DNA of 64,000 nt. Origin: Piedraia hortae CBS 480.64. Taxonomy: Eukaryota. The first letter of the stretch is position 1. Each line of letters opens with the position of its first letter. The position numbers and the translations under genes were made by a program. Positions 11,561 through 22,768 of this stretch are shown here, one piece after another. The notes under the pieces are model-generated. The model did not search any database, was not told the origin of the DNA, and was given only the letters and a program-made list of their open reading frames with translations. The stretch covers positions 186,116-250,115 of the forward strand of contig MU005977.1 of assembly GCA_010093745.1 (NCBI GenBank), written 5' to 3'.

Positions 11561-12901
11561 TCAACTGAGAATGAAGGCGTTGACGCTTTGCAAAGTCGTT
11601 CGGCTTGGTGATGCCGATGGAAAGGAGGTACTTATCCAGCTTAACCGCTGCTTGATGGCCGTCTTGTTGAGGACGGTGTTGGGGCGCTGTGTCCCATCGT
11701 CGCTATATGCCAAACACAGTATGGCCAGGCAGACGCCTATCGACAAATCCCTTCCAGTCTCACAGGTCACCAGTGTTTTGGTCGTGTTTTTCCTCAGGAT
11801 GGGGAGTAGAGGAATCAGCTTTGCAAGTTCTGTGCGAAGCTTGCGGCTGCCAACTTTGCCGCTAGACAGATCGAGTTGGTGGGACTGGAAAGGGACATCA
11901 GGTCCACAGGAGATTACCAGACTGTACTGATGGGACACAGCCTTGGCCGCAGCATTGGTGGCTATATGCACGTTTCCAGCAACATTTATCGCTATTGGCT
12001 CTTGGAACTCTGTTTCTTGCGATTGCGAAATGAGCTCGTGTATCACCCGAGCCAAGTCATCTTCTGCCGTTGTCAATAGTTTCTCTTGATGACGCCAAAA
12101 CGTAGCTGCATCTAGCCCACACGCCCAGTTCTCGCTGTCATCTCCTGCACCCTGAATATAGGGCAAAGAGATCAAAGGCTCACTCACACAGCTTGACGCC
12201 GCGTACAGAATTATTGCGTTGTACTTTGATGAAATGTCTGGCCCTTCCATCCATCGAGGCGTAACCCACAGAGGCATCATAGGCTTGGTGCCCAATTTCG
12301 TCTTAAGCCCGCCAATGTCTAGCGCAAGCGACTTGGCATTTTGGACGAATCTCGACATTTGCTCTTCAATTTGCGAATGTTCAGAGGGAGACACTACAGA
12401 AGATGGAGTGTGTAAAACGCTAGCTTCTTCATCATGAGGGAAAAGAAGACGGTTCATAACACAAATCCAGATTGGGACAGTCTTGGATAGTGCATCCGGC
12501 ATGGATTTGCCTTTGCGTGTTGAATCGACAATGATGAGTCTATATGTTCAGCAGACCTTCCTGCACAATTAAAAGACCTACCCGCCATGGCTTTTGACGA
12601 TTTCAAGCAAGTGGAGATTTAGCCGCCGCAGACTAAAAGACCACTGACCGAAATGGCCGTCTGTGGATTTGAAATAGGCGCTGCCTCGTCTCAAGTGCGG
12701 GCCAACATACCAGCTGCCACAGCGTTCATTGGCGATGATTGGGAAATTACCACCACGGGCCTCGTGAACCTGTTTAACTAGAGCTGCATCCCGTGCAATG
12801 GAATGCAAACGCGCTGTGATTGACTGTTCTCTGCGTCTAGAATCACCAAGAAACTGGTTGATTTCGTTTGTCGCGTTGGAAAAAATGAGAGCCCGCGACA
12901 T
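11561..12901 (-). CDS. RIT1: Initiator tRNA A64 2'-O-ribosylphosphate transferase; intron 12540-12581
   Basis: IANERCGSWY, AYFKSTDGHFGQWSFSLRRLNLHLL, GG|LIIVDSTRKGKSMPDALSKTVPIWICVMNR, YIQGAGDDSENWA, C-terminal CETGRDLSIGVCLAILC...PSRTTLQSVNAF. Confidence 0.95.
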
Positions 12902-13199
12902 GAGTCCAACGGTTAATTGATTGATTGCTTTAACTATTTAGTTCTTCGCGGGTGACTTGGGTGGTGATCACGTCCAGGTTCAGGTCAAGATGGGTCACGT
13001 GATTCCGACGGGTTGCGCGCTAGCGGCCGCGGCGCGAACGACGAACGACGTCAACTCTCCATCCGCTTCTTCTCCCTGCATTAGGTTCTCACTTCTCTGT
13101 GTTGCTTCGGAGTATACCGGGGCTGCAACCGAAGTCGACGCGCTCCCCCATGAGTTTCCATTCCGGGGCAACGGACGACGACAGCGGGTGGCCGAGGAT

Positions 13200-15611
13200 A
13201 TGGCCTACCAGCAACAACAGCACGATGCAGGAGGCGGAGAGCCGCAAGGAACGCCGTACACACTACAGGGTGAGTTGTTTCTCTGACAGCTATAGGGGGT
13301 TATCTGATGAGGCAGGTGTAATGCGCTTTCTGCAGCTGGAATGGCATAGCCATGAGCGCGCGCGCAACGCGTGGGACATCGAGAGGGCCGAGATGAAGGC
13401 CAAAATCGCCAAGCAAGAAGGCGAATGCAGACATGCGAAACGTGTCAACGATCAACTGGAACGACAGATACGCATGCTGGAGCAGGCGCTGAAGAACGAA
13501 CGGGCCAATAACGGGAAGGGCGAGGTCAATGGGGAGAAGAGTGGTGGGGGAAAGCCAGAGCTAGACGACGATAGACGTGCGTGAGCCGCAGTTAGTCGTG
13601 AGGGCCGAGCTGACGATTGACAGGACTGTACAGCAAATCACTAATGCATCACGAAGCGCAGGAAAAGGAGCGAGACAATGTGCTGGATAACACGTCCCGC
13701 TACCTCAAAGACTGCATGCGGGAGATTCAGTACCTTCTGACACCGCCTCATCACCCGCCTTTACCCAAACCATTGCCCAACGGCGACTTTTCCATGATGC
13801 CTCGACCGCCAGAACAGCAACAGCAGCAATCGGGCTCCATGCATAGCCAAGCGTTGCCGCAGCAGGATCTATCCGACACGACAGGGAGTATGCTGCCAAC
13901 GGGCACACGTAGCTCAATCTCTGATTACTCACTTGACACATTCTCGCAGACGGGATCCGAAAAGAGCACGCCTGACCCATTATTCGGGTCTGCAGCCTAC
14001 GTAGACTCGCTCGAGGAGGAGGAAGTCGACTCTCTCATCCACACATTCACCTCGCTGACACCAGAAGAATCGGAAAGAGGCCCGAGGTCGAAGCTGGGTC
14101 TAGTAAAGGCTCCTGGTACCGAGGACTGGATGTTTGACGAAGAGCCAACGCTGCCCGCGGAGGAAAACAGACTTAAAGATGGCATCAGGAGGCCCGACAC
14201 AGACACCTTTCCCTTGGCATTGCAGTCGTTACAGACAAGGTCTCCTCGGGAATCACACAAGCCTAAGTCGTCACAGGGTTCCCGTCGACATGGCTCAATG
14301 GGCAAGGTCGACTTGGCCGAGGTGACTTCTGTCGATTCGCATGAGTTTCGGGTCAAGTTTGCCCTCCGCGGCCACCTAGATACGGTCCGCAGCATCATCT
14401 TTTCTGGCGGTGGGTCCCCGTCGGAACCCGAAGTTTGCACTGCTGGGGACGATGGCACCGTCAAACGTTGGATCATTCCAGCAACATATCAAAATTACGG
14501 ACACCAGGACCTCGATATTGGGGCTTCCTTTACGCATCGGGGCCACAATGGCATTGTCACTAGCTTAGCACCATGTCCAGTGTCCATGGGCTTCAGTACC
14601 GGTGGACGAGCACACGGCGATGGCTGGATTTTCTCGGGTGGCCAGGACGCCACGGTGCGGGTGTGGGAGCGAGGGAGGGTCGATCCTAAGGCCACACTAG
14701 AAGGTCATACCGACGCTGTATGGGCCGTCTGCGTGTTGCCAGCACCGGCAGGCGTGATATTCGGAACGCGGCAGGCAGCCTCCTATGGAGGGCCGGACCG
14801 CCTTGTGCTCCTATCAGGCTCTGCAGACGGAACGGTCAAGGTCTGGGCAGTCACTGCGCCTCCACACAACCCTACGTCGAGTGGAGCAGGTTCAAGACGA
14901 GGCGTTGGTGGCTCTCGTCGTCATAGTGTAACGAGCGGCTCTAACTTCCCTACGTCTCCGCAACCCAGCACGGCCAGCAACACGCCCTTTGGCCACACCT
15001 TAATTCACAATATTCGCCGCTCTGCCGCGCCAACCAGCATCTCTGCCCTTTCTGCCGCCGGCGAAACGTTTGTCGTAGCCTACGCCGACAGCTCGGCTAT
15101 TGTCTACGACACCCGTACAGGCGAAGAGGTGATTGGTATGGCCAGCAACGAAACGTATGATGGTACGCCGGCAACCCAGATCAACTCTGTTGTTGCCATC
15201 AGCACGAGCGGTCTCGAAGACAGCACCGAAGAGGATGAAGGAATCATCATGACAGGCCATGAAGATCGCTTCGTCCGCTTCTTCGATGCCAATTCTGGTA
15301 AGTGTCCCAGTCTACATTCAACATTGCTAATAATCTCTCCAGGTCAGTGTACATACACCATGCTCGCTCATCCCAACAGTATTTCCTCTCTAGCGCTACC
15401 TCATTCTGGGAAGCCTCGCGAGGTTGCCTCGGGCGGCCATGACGCCTCTGTCCGCGTGTGGAGCATGGAGAAGAGGATCTGCGTGCAAGAGATGCACTCC
15501 CACCGTGCAATGCGTGGCGAAGGCGTCACCTGTGTCTGTTGGTCTGGGGACGGTAGACTACTCGTCGCAGGTGGTGGGGATGGAGTTTGCAAGGTGTTTT
15601 GTAGGGTCTGA
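13200..15611 (+). CDS. Striatin (STRIPAK scaffold, PRO11/HAM-3/Far8 homologue); introns 13270-13315, 13577-13623, 15298-15342
   Basis: YTLQG|VMRFLQLEWHSHERARNAWDIERAEMKAKIAKQEGE striatin N-terminal signature; C-terminal WD40 (KFALRGHLDTVRS, ATLEGHTDAVWAV, HRAMRGEGV). Confidence 0.95.
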
Positions 15612-17339
15612 GAAGTAGAGGGAAGGGAGATGCTTATATGATGTATTTTTATCATGGTGTGTGCATTGAGAGTTTCCTTTTTGGACTGTATGTAAATCTA
15701 TATTCAGTTGAAATGGTCAACGCTCGTTTCTGATGGCAGTAATCCTACATGAAATTACTTTCATCAGAGACTCATGTGTACAGTGCATACTGTACACGTG
15801 ACGGTCGGGTCGCATCAAGCAATGAATTGAATACGAAGATCAAGTCTTCCCCCCCCTCAGAGCGCCCAAAGCGTCTTGGAATCAACATCAAACCACACAG
15901 ACGCACGTGAATCATGCGACCTTTGCACCGAAATCTAACTCTATCCATTCTCCGTTTGAATTGAGTTAAGGGCAATGATCCGGAAAGTCCCGCTGCAGAC
16001 GACACTGATCCAGTGTGCTGCTGATCTTGGCACTACAAAAGAACCAGTGAGATATGTATCATAATCAGGAGTGCGCGATGCATCTCGCCTGATACGGTAC
16101 CTATATGTCTGTGATGACCACCACCCTTTATGCGCCTGGCATTCCCGCAGAAATCTTACGTGACTTACTAGTACATCTGAAAGATGATTGTGATGATCCG
16201 AAACGATCCATCACAGCCTGGGGAGGTATAGACAGAATTGCTACGACGCAAACTCATTGAAAACGCTTTCCAGCCTGGTTTCGGAGAAGAAAGCAATAAT
16301 GAAAAACTATGCCGACAGAGTCCAAGAAGTGACAGTCTCTTCTCCGGCCTCGCTCCAACTTGATGGACTTACGGTCCTGTGTCTCAGGCACCTCTGTGTC
16401 TACTAGTAACAGCAGCTGGATCCCCGGAGGCTAGGGTCTACCTGTTGAGCATTACGCGCAGTTCCTATTCAAACCACTGCCTATACGGTTAGGACAGGAT
16501 GTCATCTCCCTTCGTACATTCCTATCGATTATGTATCACAGCTTGGAGCAATTGAGAATCGATGATACAAGCAGTTACCTGCTGGACAATGATCTTTCGA
16601 GCTGCAATCATCTAACCAGCGTTCGAAGCATAGTAACGAAATTTAAAAGCTCGATGTTGAACGCTTCTGATGTTTGGCATCGCTGAGGCGTTTGGGCATG
16701 ACCCACGATGACCCCTTCGCGCTCAACTTCGAAAGATCCTTGGCAATAAATCTAGATGAGTCCTTAGCGGAACACGACCTTGAATCGCTCTTCTTCGAAC
16801 ATTTTTCTTCCACCCCGACACTGTCTTAAATTGCGGCAGACTAAGAATGCTCGTGGAGCTCTGTCGAAAACCTCAAAGATCGCATCGTTCTCACAAATCC
16901 TGCCGGAGGTTCCCTTTCCGGATTCAAAAGTGCTTGATCACTCGGGAGAACATGTCTCAATGATCATGGCAAATTTTGCCAAACTGATGGACAAGGCTCT
17001 CAAACATTATGCGCCCAGGCTCAGACATCTTGCATGTTCATCCCCACAAGCGAAGTGTCACGAGCACTGGTGACTTAGATCGAAGCATGCACACGACCGT
17101 CACTCCATCCATTTTGGCGACATAGGCCAAAGCTATCCCCCCACACAACTCTTTGGTCACTCGTCCTTTAGACCAAACAGTTTACGGAAAAGCAAAAGCA
17201 ACCTTATACCCGACACAACTGTCAAGCTATTGTCGTAAAGCCCGCATACCATTCTCGAGAAACACCGTACATGTTCCCATATGATACCGCAGCAAAATCA
17301 AGACGGTCCAGTAAACCCCACTTCCCCAAGATACATCAA

Positions 17340-17672
17340 TCACCTCTTCCCCAAAGCGGCATGCTCACGAATCTGACTATCGTACTTGTCCAGCAAACGG
17401 GTCCATTCGGGGGGAATATTCGATTCCGTAGCGAGGTAATGTCTGATTGTCTGGACTGCGGTTAGGGCTTCTTCGTGTGAGATGTCACTTTGTCGCTGCA
17501 CGACGGACGAAGAGGGGCCCCCAACCGAGAGCTTTTCGATCAGGACATGGGCCATTTCGAGGTCTGGGATTCTGTTTGCTTTTGTCCGGTGTTAGCTGGG
17601 GGTGTACCGTTCTTTCTCTCCTTTTCGAGATTGTGGGAAGAGGACAGAGGCTCGTATCATACCTGATGGCAT
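17340..17672 (-). CDS. Small hypothetical protein (~82 aa, 2 exons; putative intron 17579-17662)
   Basis: ATGCCATCAG|GTATGA...GCTAAC...AAG| splices in frame to the ORF MAHVLIEK...ISHEEALTAVQTIRHYL...; AAG acceptor is weak. Confidence 0.4.
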
Positions 17673-19571
17673 TTTAGTGCACATTTACTGGGTTGAAAAG
17701 GGTAGACGAGCAAGATTGGAAAAGGAACCGAGAAGAGGAAAGAGGAAAAGTGGCGAGTACTTTATGAGTGTATCTAAATCTGTTTTGTCCGTCGTGAACA
17801 GGGAAGGGGGATACCCTTTCTCAGATGCTGCGCTGCAGCACTGCAACGCTTACGCCATGTGCGATTATGTCGTGATCACCACCCTGCTTGTGCTGCCGCC
17901 GCGCTGTGCTGCACTATCTGCAACTCATGACGAAGACTATGTTTCCAGACGAGGGTAGTGCGCCTCTACGAGTGACCAACCATGGAACGTTCCAAGACGT
18001 TAAAACGATGGAGGAATCCGCGTCCAATCCTGAAACAAGGCCGGTACTTTTACAAGGGTTTGTACGGGGATTTCTTCCTTTCCTTGGCAGTATTTTCCCC
18101 GGTCGCGACGGCGTGTGTGCTGGGTTCATCCTGGTAAGTACATATCCGAAACCCGGTTTAAAGCCGTTGGGTTGGACCCGGAATGACGTGGTTGAAGTTG
18201 GATCGGAATGACGCGGTTGAAACGCCCTTTTGAATTTTTGAGGTCTTGCATGTGGCGCATGTCGTCGGCAATCTTGAACGTGCGCCGCCTAAAGTCTAGC
18301 TAACAACATTGTTGGTTTTGATAATGTTCCGCATCAGTGGTAGGAACTGGGCTTTTCATCGAATGGTGCTCTGGGCCATCGCAAGTCATTCCTGCAAGCA
18401 AGGTCATTATCTGGAAGCGCCCTTCCCACATATTTTGATCATTCACTGTTTCCGTCCCATGTGCAAACCTTAAAGGTGTCCAGGTTGAGAATTGTTCCAA
18501 AAGGCTGAAAGATTTTGCTCATCAAAATGTACACCGTACAGGAGAGATTGTATACTGACCTTGGAGCCGTGGATCCTTCATGATCTGACCTCCTTAGATC
18601 CCTTGTCCCAAACTCTACTTCCTTCTGTAGGACGAGACGGTGCCTACCCTATCCTATGCAAAATCCGAATGTTAGTGAAATGATCAAACCAACAGACTCT
18701 TATACAGTTATCTTCCCATTATGACAGACACGAAAGACGGGGTTTTTCAAGCCACAAATAATAAATCAATTACAGTGCTATATGGATCCCTTGCGGGTCT
18801 ATATGCACTCACACGACTACGATGCCGCGAGTAAAATTCCACCCCAGGCCAGAGCTAGGGGCTTCCAAAACCTTGCCTTGATCCTTGTTCTTCTATATTA
18901 TCATCATCTTGAGCCGGTAAGTCCATTCCACAAGTGTCAGTGTTTCCGTTATGGTGGAGATCCTACCATGGTACGCTTGGGAGCGCGTCGAACGCCTCCC
19001 AACCCTCCTATCTCCTCATCCTCATCTTCCACCGTCACCCGGAACTGATCCAGTAGACCGGTGCGCAGCATCGATCTGGCCGCGTACCCAGCTTTGTACT
19101 CGTCAAACCACAATACAGAGCTAAAGTGAAACACCTCACACACTCACATCATCATTGATACCTTGCAGGATTCCCATGGCAGTGACAAGGTAATACCAGT
19201 GGATTTTAACCTCCATACAGCTTATTGGGTAAAGCATGGAGGTAGCTATAAAAAGTAGGTGTATGGTGCTCGAGGGAAAGTTTCTGAGAAAAAAAATCTT
19301 CAAGGGCACTGGCTGGAAGACCGACAAAGTAACTATGGAGCTGCAGTAGATCAGAAATGCTGCTGTTTGGCATACCGCCCGCAGAAGACGTGTTTGCCAA
19401 GGAGTGTGGCGTATAAGTGTGAATTCACGAACACACTCCCCCCCAGTCAACACTCATATGTTCAGTATACTGTTGATTCAATGATACCTATACACAGAAA
19501 AGAAAGCACCCCTGACCACACAAGCCGCATGTACTGAGATCCGTGCAAGAATACCCAAAATGCTACAGCAG

Positions 19572-21071
19572 CTATATCGCCACGTCCTTCATCTCCGCAC
19601 ACTTGCTGGTGTCCTCCTCCGTCTTAGATTCTTCTTCCTGCTTGAGAGTAGGAGTGGGGAAAGAGTGCTTTGGCTGCGGCGTGTCGACCGAGACCAGCTT
19701 CGTCATGGGGGCTCCGACGCGAGTATCGAGAGCCAGCGGCTGCGACTCCTCTGTCACTCGCGCCAACGGGCTGCTAACGTGTGGCTTGGGGCTCTGGGCC
19801 GGAGCTTTGCCGTTGGAAGCGCGGGCGGGGCTTCGTCCGCGGCCTTCTCCATCGCTAGTTGGGCTCTGGTACGGGCTCTGACCGCTAGCTGACGGGCCGG
19901 CGATGCTGCTGTTAATACGAAGGGGTCGCTTGGCGGGCCGCTTCCGTCCGTACTTTTGGTCGGCTCTCCACCGCAAAATGTCAATGTAAGCCGGCTCGAC
20001 GCCAACTTGCTTGAACTCGCGCAATTTCAGCTCCTTGGATTCCTCGTCAATGAACCACTTGTCCGTGTGCATGTCGTCGGCGAGCGTTGCGAGGAAGGCG
20101 GACCAGGAGCGCGAGATAACATACTTGCAGTCGTAGTCGCGGCCCATGAGAATAATCTGCCCCCATTTTCCAGCAGAGCCCGGGGCAAGGTCGACTGCAA
20201 TGTTGTTGCCACCCCAATCGCGCGCCAGAGGAATCCACGACGGGTGGGCATATACCTTCTGGATGGCGTTTGGCGGCTGCGAGTCTTGCTTTGCCAGCAG
20301 ATCGGCGCGCCAGTGTGGCTGGGCTGTCTCGCTTGCTTGCGGAACGGGAACGGCAGAGGAAGAAGCAAAGGCGCGAATAGGCGTCTGCGGAATCTCGTAG
20401 CGCTTCTCGTCGCTCAGGTAGGCCTCATTGACGGTGCGCCAGTTCTGCCACTCTTGCAGAATTTCCTCGCAGTCCAGCAGCATGCAGCCAAAGATGACAC
20501 CCGTAGGCAAGCCGCCGCGCTCCTGGCCGTCGTGGATCTGCAGTGAGTCGCGCACATCGGGCGGGAGCGTACAATCCAGCTCGTTTTCTAGCTCGTTGAC
20601 GTCGTTGCTTGTCGCGCCCTCGCCGAGATTCTCAAACAGTTCCTCGTAGTTGTCCTCCAGCCAGGCATCGATGCGCTTCCACGAGTGGCTGACGGGCGGC
20701 GCGGGCGGCATGCCATCGGAGAAGCTCTGCATCTGGATCTCGCCATGATCGCCGTCCGAGTTACCGTCCACGGCCGTCTTCAGAGCGGGCGAGTAGGGCG
20801 AGCTGGGTGACATGGGCCGGTTCCCGACGAAGCCGTTGCCGGCCTCAATGTCGAGATCAGTACGACTCTCAAACGCCGTGTTTGCAGCAGCGCGGAGTGG
20901 CGAGTGGCTGTTCTGCGGTAGCGGCAAATGGCGGCCGGAGCGAGAAGCCGAGTCGTGCGATGCATGTCGGTCATTCGACGTCAGCGTGTGCCAAAAGGCG
21001 CGAAATTGCGATGACAGACTGTACGGTCAGCGGTTTCTTTCGTCGCGGTGCAAAACATACGCGGGAGCCAT
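19572..21071 (-). CDS. SMI1: Glucan synthesis regulator Smi1/Knr4; intron 21019-21060
   Basis: MAPA|LSSQFRAFWHTLTSNDRHASHDS; SWKRIDAWLEDNYEEL; IHDGQERGGLPTGVIFGCMLLDCEEI; AHPSWIPLARDWGGNNIAVDLAPG. Confidence 0.95.
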
Positions 21072-21123
21072 TGCATTCACCTGAGTCGCGTCGACGCTGC
21101 AGTCTCGGTGCTGGGCAGCTGTG

Positions 21124-21155
21124 GTTGTGCAGTTGTGCGGTTGTGCGGTTGTGCA
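21124..21155. repeat. 8-bp tandem repeat (GTTGTGCR)x4 just upstream of the SMI1 ATG
   Basis: gttgtgca gttgtgcg gttgtgcg gttgtgca. Confidence 0.85.
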
Positions 21156-21320
21156 GATGCGCAGGATCGCGTTGCTGAAGTTAGTGCATCGGATCACGTG
21201 CTCTCCTTTTTGTGGACGGCACCTGTTGATTGGCTGGAACCCCTGTCGTCCCCTGCCTGGTTTTGTTTGTGTCGTCCGCCCCGTAGGAATGAGTCATCAT
21301 ACGCTGTTATATAGTTACCG

Positions 21321-22457
21321 TCATACTGTCACCGTCTCGCCCACGTTAATTAGTGCTACACCTGACCCCCAGATCCCCTCTTTCTCTGCTGCTGCCTTCC
21401 ACCGCCGAGGCGGGTCTCGCACGTCCTCGTACTGTGACGATATGCCGCCGCGAACAGTCCCATAATGCATGCCGATACTCAATCGCGACTGCATCTCGCC
21501 ATGAATGGCTAGTGACTGTTCCGGTGTCGCATGCACACTTCCCATGAAAGATGCTGGGCTCATCAATCCAATAGGTAGTAGTGCTAGATCAAAAGGTCCA
21601 AGAGCCTGTCCAATAGCGGTAAACGCTGGACATGGCGAAGGAGCTCCCACTGCCTGGTAACCCGTATCACCCGCAAAGTAGGCCTTTTTTCCCCCTGACT
21701 CGACTGCCCAACCGCACCACAATGTTTGGCTCAAGGACATTGGTGTTCGTCCTGAGAGATGTTGTGTCGGGCAGCATGTGAATACTACATTGCCCACACC
21801 GTCGACGGCAACTTGGAACCGATCCCACCAGTCTGCTTCGGTGACCTGTGTCGCTTGACATACGTGCTGTGTGAACCAAGCAGTGTTCCCCAAGCCAACC
21901 AAGAAATGTAGATTTACCCCAAATCTGCGCTGGAGTTGCTTGATAGTGGTGTAGTCGAGGTGGTCATAGTGGTCGTGCGAAATGCATACAATGTCGATGT
22001 CAGGCAGTTCATCCAGGGCGCACGGCGGGGGCGTGTAGCGCTTAGGGCCGAAGAACTGTAACGGGCTGGTGCGATCGCTAAAGACGGGGTCACAAAGGAT
22101 CCTGATGCCGCGCTCGCAGCCCTCGTCAGCCGGTGTTTCGATCAAGAATGAAGCGTGTCCAAGCCATGTTGCCCTTAGACGATCTTTTTGATTGGAACCC
22201 CAGTCCGGGCGCTGCACTCGCACCAGTTCTTCGGAGCGCTCGCCATTAGGTCCTTGCGGCACGGGCACGAAATTCTTCTCCACGTTAGACCCAAAACGCA
22301 GTTTGAAGACTTCAAGTAAGCCATGTTCTTTGAACGATGGCCACGGGTTCCGAAAGCACCTTGGTGGCTTGCCAACGTGGTGTGCCACGGCGTCCCAGGT
22401 TTGCGGTCGACATGACGGTAGAGCTTTGACGGTGATCATCTTATGTAGTAAGGTCAT
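21321..22457 (-). CDS. NAPE-phospholipase D-like metallo-beta-lactamase hydrolase (Fmp30 family)
   Basis: FRNPWPS, TWLGHAS, DPVFSDRTSP, SHDHYDHLD (HxHxDH), YFAGDTGY, LLPIG, HATPE, GMHYGT. Confidence 0.92.
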   Translation of the reverse strand: MTLLHKMITVKALPSCRPQTWDAVAHHVGKPPRCFRNPWPSFKEHGLLEVFKLRFGSNVEKNFVPVPQGPNGERSEELVRVQRPDWGSNQKDRLRATWLGHASFLIETPADEGCERGIRILCDPVFSDRTSPLQFFGPKRYTPPPCALDELPDIDIVCISHDHYDHLDYTTIKQLQRRFGVNLHFLVGLGNTAWFTQHVCQATQVTEADWWDRFQVAVDGVGNVVFTCCPTQHLSGRTPMSLSQTLWCGWAVESGGKKAYFAGDTGYQAVGAPSPCPAFTAIGQALGPFDLALLPIGLMSPASFMGSVHATPEQSLAIHGEMQSRLSIGMHYGTVRGGISSQYEDVRDPPRRWKAAAEKEGIWGSGVALINVGETVTV

Positions 22458-22768
22458 AAGGTAGGTATTTGGGTTGCCGAATGAGGAAGGTCCAGGCTTT
22501 TCAAGCTGAACTTATCGCTATTTGAGATTGTGTGGTTGTGGCATCAGACATGTTCTTCGTGACTAGCCCATCCTATCTACGAGCAATGTATTCCGTATCT
22601 TGTGCCCTGGGACCATCAACATCAACAATGGCTTTATAACCTCTAGAGTGATTCTTACGAGCATTTTCCCCAAGCCAAGACTTCCAGCTCATGAACACTT
22701 TCATATCTTCGTGGTTTCCTCTCTTCTTAATCTCGTTCAATGACAACATTCCCTACTTTCAACCGTCC

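Noticed and set aside
18895..19160. RTGATGA (box C-like) words on the minus strand as snoRNAs
   Set aside because: No box D (CTGA) at a suitable distance and no terminal stem
18850..19400. Possible small multi-exon gene on the minus strand (splice-like GTGAGT/GTAGGA...CTGAC signals)
   Set aside because: Could not build a consistent in-frame model or recognise a domain
19956..20546. Long antisense or alternative-frame ORFs (also 48895-49563, 43968-44516, 55911-56489, 3572-4087)
   Set aside because: Shadows of GC-rich coding sequence of recognised genes; no independent motifs
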